This document shows positions 1 to 14,500 of a stretch of DNA of 64,000 nt, piece by piece (position 1 is the stretch's first letter; every line of letters starts with the position of its first letter). The DNA lies in NCBI RefSeq assembly GCF_964204645.1, contig NC_134029.1:10504850-10568849 (forward strand), written 5' to 3'. A model generated the notes under the pieces. It was given only the letters and a program-made list of their open reading frames with translations, had not been told where the DNA came from and searched no databases. The stretch comes from Tubulanus polymorphus. Lineage: Eukaryota > Animalia > Nemertea. A program made the translations under genes and the position numbers.

Positions 1-941
1 ATCTATCAGGGTATCATATGCTCTCATAAAACTGTAGAATTCACACGGATCGCCATCAAATTTGGGCATTTCAGTTTGTGGTAAAGTCAAGGCCATTGTG
101 GTTTCTATTTGCCTGGACAATAGGTTTTCCAGGTTATATGATGGATTTACACTGACATGACCATATTCAGGTGTGAAGGACACGGCCTCCGGCCTAAGCG
201 TAGTACCTGCCGCTACTGTCGATTCGAATGGCGGCTTGTCAATCGTAACTGCGTTTCCATTAGATACTGGAGCGGCAGGTGTGTAACCCCTTTCGGCAGC
301 TGTAGAGGAATATACCTGTTCGTCTTTTCGTGCTGACGTAAACGACGGATCATCTCTTACTGACGACGGAAACGACAGATCATGTCTAACTGTAGACGGA
401 TACGCACGATCATCTCTTACTGATGACGGAAACGACGGATCATGTCTAACTGTAGACGGATACGCACGATCATCTCTTACTGACAACGGAAACGACGGAT
501 CATGTCTAACTGTAGACGGATACGCACGATCATCTCTTACTGACGACGGAAACGACGGATCATGTCTAACTGTAGACGGATACGCACGATCATCTCTTAC
601 TGACGACGGAAACGACGGATCATGTCTAACTGTAGACGGATACGCACGATCATCTCTTACTGAGGACGGAAACGACGGATCATGTCTAACTGTAGACGGA
701 TACGCACGATCATCTCTTACGACGGAAACGACGGATCATGCAATTTCAACGAGTTATCGACTACAGACGATTTCCAGTTCCGTTTGGTAAGCGATTGAAC
801 TTCGACCTCCAGTTCCTTAATTCTATTTTCTAAACGACCTAGATACTCCGACTGGTTTACACTAGGCCTACTACAATCACTATAGTCTTCATCCACAGTC
901 AAGAAGGAACTAACCCTCTTCATAAATTCTGCATACTCCAT
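1..941 (-). mobile_element. Bel/Pao LTR retrotransposon gag, 5' part, frameshifted; continues off window
   Basis: Minus frame open from 720 to 1 ends ...LTLPQTEMPKFDGDPCEFYSFMRAYDTLID, typical of Bel/Pao gag (DUF1759 entry). ORF 717-941 joins it if 4 nt missing at 720/721 are restored. Confidence 0.8.
341..740. repeat. 60-bp tandem repeat (two related 30-bp halves), ~6.5 copies, inside gag
   Basis: Near-identical lines at 361, 421, 481, 541, 601, 661; unit encodes VRDDRAYPSTVRHDPSFPSS on minus strand. Confidence 0.97.
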
Positions 942-1629
942 GATCAGCTGATGATCATACTAGCATAGCAGCTAGTCACACGTAATAACTTCAGAACTAA
1001 AACAGCAGTACTTACACGAGTCGCATGTTTAAATTAATATAGCATCGAAAATCCAACAGACAATACCAATAATAACCAGGACGTATTTCGCTCTTGATAT
1101 ATGCTCGATTTCGTTCCTTTATTTGTTCCAAACAGTACAGTTGTTCCAACCAATTGTGACACTAACAGTAATGGTACACACAGTAGTTCCACATACAAAA
1201 CACTGCAGCCGCTGTTTACATAATTCAAGCTCCGAATATCGAGATTTCTAGAAAAATACAAAATGACCTTAAAAATCCGAAAGGTTTAACATCTTCAAAT
1301 CTCAATATAAACTAAAATAAACTTACAAACATGATACGATCTCCTGGCTCATATAACTTCCGAAAAAACAACGTGTTCTGCCCTGCAGCTATACTTCCGG
1401 AGCAGGGAGCACCATAAAAGGGGGGCGCCACCATACATTTTGGCATCAACACCCTTAAAGTTCATCCTTACCTATTTGAAAGAGTACTTACAAAATATGG
1501 TTTGTGGTAAAAAAATCTTGCTTTCCAGCTGTTTCTTAAAACGATTTTTACTCAAAATCTTTATTAAGAAATGAAGCAGTAATTTACCCTGGGTTTGGAT
1601 AGAACTGAGTGCTCTCCTGAATTTCAATT

Positions 1630-2269
1630 ACCATATTTTCCAGTGTATAAGTCAAGTTTTCCGGACCAAAAATCATGTAAAAAAAAACGTAGGTTGACTT
1701 ATACACCGAATACACTATCAATATCGTTTAAACTGATGATGTTTAAGAGTTCAAGGTTGTTATGATGAAATGGAATATTGATTTATGTTAGGCTACACTT
1801 GTATACCAATTAGATAGCTTCTTATAGTTTGGAAATGGTTCAAAATTAACTGATGTTAAAAATCAAATGAGAAAGAAAAGTGCACGCGTGTATCATTGTA
1901 CAGCAGCGCTGGTATGGCAGGTGCCAATAATCAATAGGCCTACGTGTACAGCAGTCTATTCAGGCACGCAGCATTCAATGTATACACGATACATTTAACA
2001 GGTGGATACAATCAATTAGCACTAATCCGGTAATTTACTATCAGAAACAACAGATCCCAATGATTAATTGCAAACAGTGGTAAAGACTCTCAACTACTAT
2101 GAGAATGACCACAACACTGTGTTCAAAAGTGTGTTCAAAAGTGACTTATATAAACACGTGAAGAAGGGACTCGACTTATACACCCACTATAGCCTTAGTT
2201 CAATTTTTTAAACTGAAAATTTGACCTCGACTTGTACACTGCGTCAACTTGTACACCGGAAAATAAGGT
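1630..2269. mobile_element. Tc1/mariner (pogo/Tc2-type) MITE
   Basis: Imperfect TIRs accatattttccagtgtataagtc / gtcaacttgtacaccggaaaataaggt with internal repeats of gacttatacacc. Confidence 0.65.
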
Positions 2270-2437
2270 GGACTAATATGTTAAATTCATCTAGTAATGG
2301 CTGAAGTACAGGGAGGCGCTTTTGAAAATAAACTAAGGCTTTGGAGATATCGAAGACTAGTTAAAACTTTTTGATTGTGTGAGGGCTACCTCTCATAATG
2401 ATGTTTTCCATAACATGCCAAAAATAATCTATTTCAG

Positions 2438-2568
2438 GAATACGTGTGATAAGCAACGCAGGTGGAGTGAACCCTTTTAGTTGTGCACATTCCCTATCAC
2501 AGGTGGCGAAAAAGTCATCGGTTGATTTGAAAATTGCTGTTGTGGCAGGTGATGATTTAAAAGCCTAC
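2438..2568 (+). CDS. AtuA-like exon ([13 protein letters not shown]...VAGDDLKAY)
   Basis: tttcAG|GA acceptor, TAC|GTAAGT donor, 131 nt, phase 1 to 0. Confidence 0.92.
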
Positions 2569-5500
2569 GTAAGTTTGCTACTTTATATAGGCCTAGCTAG
2601 ACCATGACCTAATGGGCTACCTCAGTAACAATGAAATTCAGATGGACAACGGGCATCGCCAGGAATTTCCGCATGTATGTCAAAATCAGTAACCAACACA
2701 ATTGCTATAGGTGTGAATCAATGGAGAGGGTTAATAAGAAAAATTTGAAATTTGAAATGTAATTTTGGACTTAAAAAAGTTTATTGCTTCTCGGGCTTTT
2801 GTTATGAAACCCTTATTTCATTTTCGCACTGTCTGAATGTGTCTGTGGATCTGTGTGTCTATCTTTCAGCGACTAAGCTTTGTAAACATCGGGTCAATCT
2901 TGTTAAATCTGGGGGACAATGTTAGTATGCAGGTTTAGTTGTGCAGTGCTAAGAATAGGTGCAATGCACCACTTAGGGACAGAACAAGGCACTAAAACCT
3001 TGATTTTTCAGCGACTTGTCTGAGGAACATGGTCGAAATATAAAAAGTTGTCTTGACAAAATTCAGCTTTTGGCCCTAGATATACATATACATACAAAAT
3101 GCAATGGGAACTAACACATAGAAATTTTGGAGTTGCTTCATGCATAACGGATGATTTCCCTCTTATATAAAACTAATACTGCATGTAATACAGCTTACTA
3201 CGCTACATATTATTATCATATTACACTACCAGTATTTTATAACCTTACAGTGATATAAAGGTTTAGGCTTTTAATTTCATATAGTGAAATACAAAATTTG
3301 CCAATTTGCAGCATTTTACAAATTGGTCAGAATTTAGCCAAGAAATAAAAACACTGTTTGCTGGTGTAATACTCTTAGACAGGTATTTCCTTCTCAGATA
3401 GTCAAGTTTTTGCAACCTATGATAAGATGATATTCGTCAATATTTTCAGTCACATAATTTTGACATATTCATTTCTGTACATCTATGTAAAGCGCATCCT
3501 AGTCTTAACTTAGCAATCTGTTTAATTACAGAATCATCTTCAAAATTAAGATAGGTTGGAGGTTCTGCATTCCTTTTAAAACTAGAGTAATTGGTAATGT
3601 CTTGTTTCAAGCCTAAGGTCGAGAGGTCGAGCTCATGAAAAATGAAAATAAATTCTCACACGCTCGAATTCATTTTCATTTTCTACTTACTCGCCCCCTC
3701 AACCTTTGACTTGAAACAAGACATTACCAATTACTCTAATAATTTCATATTTTTAAAGAGTGAGTTAAGTGTTAGCATAATAATCTAGATAAATAAGATC
3801 AAATATAGATTTCGAATGATGAAATATAAATTTTTAACATAAAAAGTGTGAGTGAAATAATTCATATTTAAAACATTGAATAATTGTATGAGTTAGATTT
3901 ATTTTAATAAAAGTTTTGTTATAAAAATGAAGAAAGAAGAAGAAAACCCTAAATTCAAAATCGAATAAAAGAAACCAATAAATTATTTTCATTATTTAAC
4001 ATTAAACATTATATCTCAGCATCAAATTTAGTGTATGAGAGGCATTATAAAATTGATAATATTACTATGATTAATCAAATATTATTAAATAAAACATATT
4101 TAATTATTGAACTAATAGATACTTTTGATAATGGAATCAAAAATCCTAAAATATTTAATACAGTTCTAAATTATAAAGGATCTTTGGATGAAAACATAAT
4201 AAATATTCTCAAAACTCCTTTTAATGAAAGAAATGATGATTTAATACTTTCTAAAAGTTACAATGATTTGATTAACTTAAGAATTGAAAAAAGACACTTA
4301 TATTATTTCAATTTTGATGATAAACAAATTATCTATAATGAAAATTCATCAAATATTGGAATTCAATGTGAATCAGTTGATAATAATTCTTATAAAGATA
4401 TTGGCATTCAATGTTATTTAGATGATGAATTTAGAAATTCAATCCTAATGAAAAAGTGCATTGTTATTGTGGAGGTAAATATTTAAGACCACATAAATCA
4501 AAACATTATCAAACAATTAAATGTATCGAATATGAAAAGAATAATAAATATATATTGAAAAAAGATTAAGCTGTATGTTTCAAATATATAATAGTTGAGA
4601 AATTAGTTAATGAATAACTGTTGGACAGTAAGTTTAATTGTTATTTGATTTAATCATACAAAAGTTTAATATTTTAAAAATGATTATAAAATATTAAATA
4701 TTCATCAATTTATTAATTTTTTAATTTTTTTCTTAAATAAATGGATGGTTTCATTCCAACTGGGAAAAGTGATTTAAAACATTATTTAGTTGCTGGAGGT
4801 TTAATATTGGCAGTGCTTTACTTTTACTATGAACATATCAGTAAAGATCTAATGAATGAAAATATAAAATTAAGTAAGAAATTGAAAAAATTAAATGGGA
4901 ACAATCATCGAAATAAAAGAGTTATTGAATATCCATCCCATATATAGTTCTGTTTGACCTCATACAAAGTATTTTTGACAAATTTTATCTTTGGAGATGT
5001 TTAGACTTTGTCTTCAATAGTAATGTATACTGTCGTGCGGGGTGTTCAATTTGCCGTTGCTTGCCGCAGAGCGAGGGGAACTAGCTCCTTTAAAGAAAAT
5101 AAACAAATCCAAATAACATACAGTTGTCAGATCCGTATTTATTCATCCATGCAGCAGAGTAGAATTAAAACAGTTTACAGATAATATGAGACTTGTTGTA
5201 CCGTTGTTAATTGTTTAGTTATGAATTATAAGTAATAATTATGATAAGTAACTTGCAAATAACTGACAAATCATACATTTCATTATCAGAAATATGAACT
5301 ATAATACATTATGTTATTAGTAAAATATTATTATGTAAATTAAATATCTTTCATTTCTTTGCAGAATTTATATCTGATATCCTTTTACTATCTAAATTAA
5401 AGATCTTTAATAATACTTAATTCTCTCAGAAATACAAGCCATTTGATACATAACTTCGGCCTAAGCTATATCACAATAATATCATACGCTCACCTTTAAA

Positions 5501-8500
5501 GAAATAGACAAATCCAAGTAACATACAGTTGTCCGATCAGTATTTATTTGTCTGTGCTTCAGAGTAGAATGACATGCTTGTCAAAGCTACCCTTTTGTAG
5601 GGAAAACTGTATGGCCGGTGAGCATTTCACAGTTTGGTCAGCGAAGAGTAGTCTAGTGTCAGTCTGTTAATTAATTAATAAGTAACAGACTGACACCAAC
5701 CAAACTATCAAACATCAGTCTGCTAGTTACCGCTGAGTTCTAGACACCAAACAAGTCCATGCCTTCATTATTATACAAACATTATAACCATCGATAATCA
5801 ACACAAAAGAGAGATAAAACGATATTGATATGAATAACAATACTACAATACATTGAAAACTAGAAATTTAGGATATAATGTATTATAAAATTGAATGAAT
5901 TACTGAAATAAAAATCCAATATTTTCTAAAGGAATGTCCGGCATGACATCACCCCCTTGGCCGCAAATCTTTCCTCCGGAAAGATGAGAAGATTACAGTG
6001 ACTGGCCTCGGGCAATTCATAGCTAAATTTTGGCGTAAAAGATGATGGAGGAGTTACATGACCTTGATGAGCAACAACGATATGAGTACAAAAAGGCATA
6101 CAAAATATTTTAGGGATAGTTTAAATCTACGTGGAATATTAATGGTTTTCCTAGAAAGGCGATTCGTAACTTCCATACCGTCAATATCAATATTGAGCTG
6201 AAGGCCATAGAAACCAGTGGGTCTTAAGTTAGATATACGATGGGGCATTTTGATATCCCAATATAGTGGACATAAGGGCAAAGAGACCATTTCCAATGTG
6301 ACACAATGTATTCCTGATGTGATTTCAATATTAATCTTAGTATGTTGATCTGATTTCACATAAAAACAACTTAAACAATATGTTCAGTAATAATAGAAAA
6401 TTAATAAAAACAGTGACGTACACAATAATCTCAAGTTTCTCGAAAACGTCAGCAAATGTAATGACAGGCTTGTTAGAAGGTTTTGGTACATCATAAATAA
6501 AAGCGGGCATTTTCTGATTTCGATGGCAATGGTGACCCGCAGCTGCAGATGGTGAGGTTAATGATGTGAAGATCGTAAGCATAAGTAGTGCAGTCATCAC
6601 AGTTTAACCTGCAAGTTGAATACGGTTCTTCATTATTTACCAATGGATGGATGTGTTTGGTTAGAGGATTGCGTATTTCTCAAAACAACAAGCACAGGTT
6701 GAAAAAAAACTAATAAATATAGCTGCCAAGCAGCGATGACGGGTTTTCTGCAAAGCCATTCAGAATGATGGGAATTGTAGTAAATTGAAATATCGATACA
6801 TAGAATAAAATGCATTGACAGATTCGAACCTAATATGCTGTGTAAACGCTAAATATGATTCAGCATTGAAACCGAACATACGCGGATGTACAATCACAAA
6901 TATTAATTTATTTTACCAGGCATTTATTTTGGCATTCAAACATCATGATACTGTATTATCACCATGCTTAAAAATGGATCTGTCCTATTAAGAACTCATC
7001 TTAAGCACCTGCTGAGTCGATAGATTGAGTGAATTCACAGATAAATAGATTTAAGAAGTTAATGTTTTTATTGAAATATTTGAATAAATACATATATTGT
7101 AGTGTAGATTCAATCAATAAATTATGAATTGATCTGGTCTGGGTTTCCGGCTGATGTTGATTTTGGCTTTTATGGATTACAAATTCTATAGTGATTAACA
7201 ATTGATACCTGCAACATGTGTGTAAATCAAACCTATTCCACTAGTTGCGTGTGTTTCCTAATAAACGGGAGAGTCACTCTTGATCCGAGTTATTAGAAAA
7301 ATAATGTTCATTTAGTTATAGAAATTCATTGCCTTTTTGGAAATTTTGTAATAATATTTGTTCTGCCCTAATTTTTATTACTGTATGAACCAATGATATG
7401 CTTCGTAAATATGATAATAATTAATAATAAATTTGAATTTGAATTAAATTTGAACATGAGAATCAAGCATAACTTGTGTTTTTTCAACTTGTATTTTGTT
7501 AACAGTTCCAGAGTTTCAATTACAATCAAATCCAAATTGGCTAAAAAGTACATAGGACTTAATGAAATGAACCGTTACTGCAAACCTATTCCAGTGTTAT
7601 GTCGATCGTGTTGAATCACTTTCCTTGAGTTGAAAGAATCAGATCTTCTATGGTGCAACATCGGTCGAAGAGAGATATCTTGGTGTTGACTGTCCTTGAC
7701 CATCTAACTTCATGCATTTGACATTGGAATCAGCATCATACCCATTTGAACTGCAAAATATTCATACAACATGAAAACCTACATTACATGTATACAGTAA
7801 TCAAACTTTCACCGATGTTGGATATTTGAATGAACGTTTGGCTTATTTCAGTATTCTAAAGCAGGAAATAATAAGCCCAATAAATAGGCCCTATTCCCAT
7901 TGGAACAATTTTATAATGCGTATAGCAGCACTTATCAGTCAAGTATGGAGAAATCGGTATACCAAACCTACGAACAGCAAAATGAACAGGCCTACAATGA
8001 TTTCTGGTATACAAGCCGTGACCACATGAACGTTTTGGTTTGACTATTAATGTCAGCAGATCAGAGAAGGCCTGGCCAAATTTAATCACATGGCTCAAAT
8101 CAATTAGCCTTTCTGCGTGTGAATACTTCACTATATTGTTTTAAAAATAGGCCTATCGAGTGAATTAGTACAAAGACTGAATTAGACTTTAGGCTAGTCC
8201 TGACCAAATCCTATCCATGTTATAATTGCACCAGTTATAGTAACATCACTGTAGGGCCGACGAGAGGGAAAAAGTTGTGTTTGTAGTACATAGGCATGGT
8301 AGGCTTGTCGTACTCCCTTAATACTTAAATTGCTGTTGTTACCTGTACGTGACTGTACGGTGATTTCTACAGGTTAGCCGTATGTGAGTACGTTGATACT
8401 CAGACTTGCAATATTGGGATTCGAAACCAAACGAAAAAAAATCCAGTTGTAGTCCAGTGATTTACCCACCGTGCCACAGAACGTAACTGCAGGGTGAATG

Positions 8501-11500
8501 AAATTTGATTTACAAATAGCCTAGCCTCACCTAACCCAAACTCTATTCTTTCACGCATGCAACCGAACCAACTGACCAACCAGTATATTTATTCCCAGTA
8601 CGCACCAACCGGCACAGGCCTAACACTGTTTGTCAACTGTGTGTACCGTAGTAGGCTATCGATCACCTGATACTTTTCTGTCGTTTGTTTTCTCTCTGAG
8701 ACGAATGTAATTCTGCACCGTAATTCTAGTAGCCCTCCGCGACTCAACGACCTTGATTTAAACTTGATCAATTCAAAATCTGTTTATTGACGCTTTTGGT
8801 TACATGAACTGATCGGCAATATACTTAAATGAAATAACCGGAATAACAAGAAATCAAAAATATTAAAGAGGTAACAAACAAATGCCCGTAAACCTGTCAA
8901 GCACTCATACGTGGGACTGGTAAACTATTGGACTCGGACTCGCTGAGCAAAAAATTCATAAAATTGACTTTGAAATTGATTGTGGAGAAGAGAGGGAATA
9001 ATTCGATAGCTCTTCCTCATAAAGAAGAGAGAAATTTCGGAAAGAAAACACAACATGGCTACTAATTGAACGGGGCGAAATTTCCGATGTTTACGGCTCG
9101 ACAGTGCCTTTATAACGTGGATTGAAGTGAGCTGAAGGATATCATATGGATTGTATCGGCGACAGCGGTAAGGTAAGGAAGCCTTTACACTTTTAACAAA
9201 AACTGTGTGGAAAAGGGAAAAAAAAATAAATAAATATAGCTGCAAAGCAGCGATAACGGGTTTTCTGCACAGTCTTTGAATCCTGTTCAATGGTTAACAC
9301 AGTTTTATAAGAGTAAGCTCGACAAACAGTCAATTAGACCTTCTTGAAACCATGGACAACTGGACTTGATGTCCTATTTGACTCTGGAAAATCGACTGTT
9401 ACGCGATAATTACTCTTTATGATTTCAACAAAGCATTTGATAAGGTACAACATCAGCCATTACTAAACAAGGCTATTAGGAAACAGTATCAATGATAGGT
9501 TGCCGAAATGGCTCAGCATTATATCTGAACGAAAACTTGTAGCCGAAATCAACGGAACGCCTCATCTTGGAATAAGTCGGTCTAACTAGTGGAGTCACGC
9601 AAGGTAGTATCCTAAGTCGTCTTCTAATGTCCTGACAAATGACATACACAGTAATCCAAAATATACCAGACCGAGTAAACTTCCAAAATGACCTTAACTC
9701 GCTGTTCGACCAAAAAAACTTAATAATCCGACAAGAAAATCTTGTACGCTTTTTGTTTGAACCAAAACTTTTCTTCATTCTGAAAGCTATGTTATTGTTC
9801 AAATGAAAAATTTTTTGTCCCGGCAAAAAATTTGCTTGAGCGAAAACAATTTTTTCGAACGAATGTTTGAATGAAAACAATTCTGTTCGATTGAACAAAA
9901 TACTTAATACTTTTGGTTTGGAGAAAAAACTTTTTACAATATACTTGTTCGAACGAAAAACTTAATGTTCTGACAAGAAAATTCTGTTCAAATTTAAACG
10001 ATTCTGTTAGATCGGACGATTGTTCGGATGAAAAAACCTTTTGTTTCAACAAAAAAGTTTGTTCAACTTTGTTCTAACAATTTTTTCAAATTGGTTCAAT
10101 CGAACAGAATATTATTGGTTCGAACGAAATAAATTTTGTTCCGTAGAAATAATTTACAAGCGAAAGGTCTTTTGAACGAGAAAAAAGATATTTCTGGGGC
10201 TCCGCAGTAACTCAAAGCCGGACGTAGGTCGGCCTTGTGACGCGATGCGATCCTCACGTTGCATCGCAAGTTTTGGTGCAAATCGGTTGCGATACGATTG
10301 TCAGCGACTGTGTGCGACTAGTTTCTGCCAGTCGTAAGAGCACGTAGGTCGGTTGTGACAGTCGTGTCGCGTTGCAGAAAGTAGAACACGTGCGACTCCT
10401 TGTCACTGGCGTTGCTGACAGTCACAACCTGTCGCAAGGGAGCGTAGGTTGATGAGTCATTGCGACACAATCGTCGCTGGCGGTTGCAGTGAATGGCCTC
10501 GCAGTGAGTCACAAGCCATCGCAAGGCCGACGCACCCCCGGCTTAAGTCATAGGAATTAAAGAAATACCAGTTTCTTTTATGATGAAAAGTCTGGCTTAT
10601 AAAGCTGTCTGCTCAGACGAAATTTTCAAAAAAATCTTCATTTTTGTCAATAAAATTGATAATTGTGATTGATCGTTACAAGTCAGAACCAGTAAATCAC
10701 TAATTAACATGCACTTTAATAAATCTGATTCCTCCTTTACAGTGAACTTAGCTTTAACCTAGTAGAGGCTACTAGCCTATGTAGGCCTATGTATACTGTG
10801 TTTGTTTGAGACAGTAAAGCTCAATACCGGTAGGCCTAAAGCCACGTAAAACTCGATAAACACTTCAAGCGACAAAGTGAACGGTCTCATTTCCCCCACA
10901 GCGAACGCTTACTCCAAATTTCAAGTGTGACTCCAGCATACGGAAAGGAGTGTGTTATATACTTGTATTTAGTAAATACCTTGTGCATTTGACAATGATC
11001 GGTATGTACTGTAGGAAATATAGAGTATTGTTATAGAGGTTGAAGCCCGCGGCCGAATAAAGTAATATATTATTTTATTTTGATACCTCGTCGACATAAG
11101 AGCTTTTCTCCACTATATCTCTTCGGCATGTTTAGGCCTACGACTCCCCGGTACACTCATGATTTATCTTAGTAAATACACGGTTAATTTGGTAAAGAAA
11201 AATAGGTATTGCTGAATTAACTGCTTAACTCCCGCAGCCAAATCACTGGTAGTAATAAATTAATTTGTACTCGATTTGAGTGAAATGGGTTACTGTTAAA
11301 ATTAGTTTTTATAAACCGCGACAGAATGTGCAATCTTTCGGTTATAAATTTGTTAATTTATGCTTGAATTGATAATCGACGTGACAAGAAACGTGCGGTA
11401 GATTTCGGAAAGAGGACTTAGAAAAACATGTTGGCTCTTTGAATGGGGCTCAATTTTCGATGTTTACGGCCCGACTGCTTTTGTAACGTTGATTCTTCAA

Positions 11501-14500
11501 AATGCGCACGGAGTATTTGTAGATCGAAGTGAGCTGAATGATATCAGACGGATTGTATCGGCAACAGCAGTAATGTAAAAAAGCCTATGTACTTTTGACA
11601 AAAAAAGTGTGGAAAAAAATAATAATAATAATAATAATAAATATAGCTGCAAAGCAGCGATGACAGGTTTTCTGTAAAGCCATTCAGAATGATGGGAATT
11701 GTAGTAAATTGAAATATCGATACACAGAATAAAATGCATTGACAGATTCGAACCTTAATGCAACCACTGTGTAAACGTAAAATATGATTCAGCTTTGAAA
11801 CCGATCATACGTGGACGTACAATCACAAATATTAATATATTTGACCATGCACTTATTTTGGCATTCAAACATCATGATACTGTATTATCACCATCCTTAA
11901 AAATGGATCTGTCTTATTAAGAACTCATCTTAAGCACCTGCTGAGCCGATAGATTGAGTGAATTCACAGATAAGAACGAATTATGATTTAGAATAGATTT
12001 AAGATATTAATGTTTTTATTGAAATATTTGAATAAATACATATATTGTAGTGTAGATTCAATCAATAAATTATGAATTGATTTGGTCTGGGTTTCCGGCT
12101 GATGTTGATTTTGGCTTTTATGGATTACAAATTCTACAGTGATAAACAATTGATACCTGCAACATGTGTGTAAATCAAACCTATTCCACTAGTTGCGTGT
12201 GTTTCCTAATAAACGGGAGAGTCACTCTTGATCTGAGTTATTAGAACTAGGGGTCCAGGGACACCATGCCCACTTGGGAAGTGGTTCCAAATGCTCAACA
12301 ATCTAACAATTCAGGTATCAAAGGTATAAAACATCCCTTTTCAAAGAATACCCATCACAAATTGCAATGAGAAATGGCAAACTCAGAATTCGGGCCAAAA
12401 TTGACATTTTTGGGCACTAAAAAAGGTCATAGGACGGCCATCTTGAGTCCGTATCCCAATTTTTGTTATGCTGATGGGCCTAGGGGGCATTCACATATAT
12501 CCGAAAGATCAAGGTTATTGATCAAAGCATCTTCAAAATTTCCCTCAAAAAGTTCAAAAATGTGTAAAAAGTGTTGATTTTGGCGAACAACAATAGCTGC
12601 CAGTCGGCCATCTTGATTCTGACAGGGCCAGTTTTTGAGCTGAAGATGTGTCTAGGGTAGATACATGTGAAACCCAAATATCAAGACATTACATTGAAGA
12701 GTCTTCAAAACTTCCTAAACTAACTGATTTCCGTCTACGGACGGACGGACGACGGATGAAAAGTGAACGCAATAGCCCGCTGGGACTAAAGTCCCAAGTA
12801 GGCTAAAAATAATGTTCAATTAGTTATAGAAATTCATTGCCTTTTTCGAGTTTCTGTAATAATATTTGTTCTGCCCTAATTTTTATTACTGTATGAACCA
12901 ATGATATGCTTTGTAAATATGATGTAATAAAATAAATTTGAATTAAATTTGAACATGAGAATCAAGCATAACTTGTGTTTTTTCAACTTGTCTTACTTGT
13001 CTTTTGTTAACAGTTCCAGAGTTTCAATTACAATCAAATCCAAATTGGCTAAAAAGTACATAGGACTAAATGAAATGAACGGTTAGTTACTGCAAACCTA
13101 TTCCAGTGTTATGTCGATCGTGTTGAATCACTTTCCTTGAGTTGAAAGAATCAGATCTTCTATGGTACAACATCGGTCGAAGAGAGATATCTTGGTGTTG
13201 ACTGTCCTTGACCATCTAACTTCATGCGTTTGACATTGGAATCAGCATCATACCCATTTGAACTGCAAAATATTCATACAACATGAAAACCTACATTACA
13301 TGTATACAGTATTAATCAAACTTTCACCGATGTTGGATATTTGAATGTACATTAGGTTTATTTCAGTACTCTAAAGCAGGAAATGATAAGCCCAATCAAT
13401 AGGCCCTATTCCCATTGGAACAATTATATAATGCGTACAGCTGTACCGTACACTTATCAGTCAAGAATGGAGAAATCGGTATACCAAACCTACGAACAGC
13501 AAAATGTACAGGCCTACAATGATTTCTGGTAATACTAGCCGTGACCACATGAACGTTTTGGTTTGACTATTAATGTCAGCAGGTCAGAGAAGGCCTGGCC
13601 AAACTTAATCACATGGCTCAAATCAATTAGCCTTTCTGCATGTGAATATTTAACTGTATTGTTTTAAAAATAGGCCTATCGAGTGAATTAGTATATAGAC
13701 TGAATTAGACTTTAGGCTAGTCCTGACCAAATCCTATCCATATTATAATGGCACCAGTTATAGTAACATCACTGTAGGGCCGACGAGAGGGAAAAAGTTG
13801 TGTTTGTAGTACATAGGCATGGTAGGCTTGTCGTACTCCCTTAATACTTAAAACGCTGTTGTTACCTGTACATGACTGTACGGTGATTTCTACGGGTTAG
13901 CCATATGTGAGTACGTTGACGCTCAGACTTGCAATATTGGGATTCGAAACCAAACGAAAAAAAATCCATTAGTAGTCCAGTGATTTACCCACTGTGCCAC
14001 AGAACGTACTGGTGGGTGGATGAAATTTGATTTACAAATAGCCTAGCCTCACCTAACCCAAACTCTATTCTTTTACGCATGCGCGTTTGCAGATTACAGG
14101 AACTCAAGTACAGCGTTTTTAGGGAACTCACGTATGGTTAACCTGCGGATATCACCGTACAGTCACGTACACGTTACAATTTCGTACTTAAAATGGTATT
14201 GGCTACTAGGAACTCACGTACGGTTAACCTGTGGATATCACCGTACAGTCACGTACGCGTTACAATTTCGTACTTAAAATAGTATTGGCTACTAGGAACT
14301 CACGTATGGCATTATATACTTAGTAGGGACCTCACGTACGCGGTTAACCTGTGGAGATCACCGTACAGTCACGTGCGGTTAACAACTACGTACTTAAAAT
14401 GGTATTGGCTTCTATATAATAGGCCTATGGACAAATAAATACCGGTAGGCTTTCTTATAATCTTAGCTTCCACACTTCACAACCGAACCAATTGACCAAC

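Noticed and set aside
341-740. CRISPR-like periodicity
   Set aside because: No unique spacers or cas genes; it is a coding tandem repeat in eukaryotic DNA.
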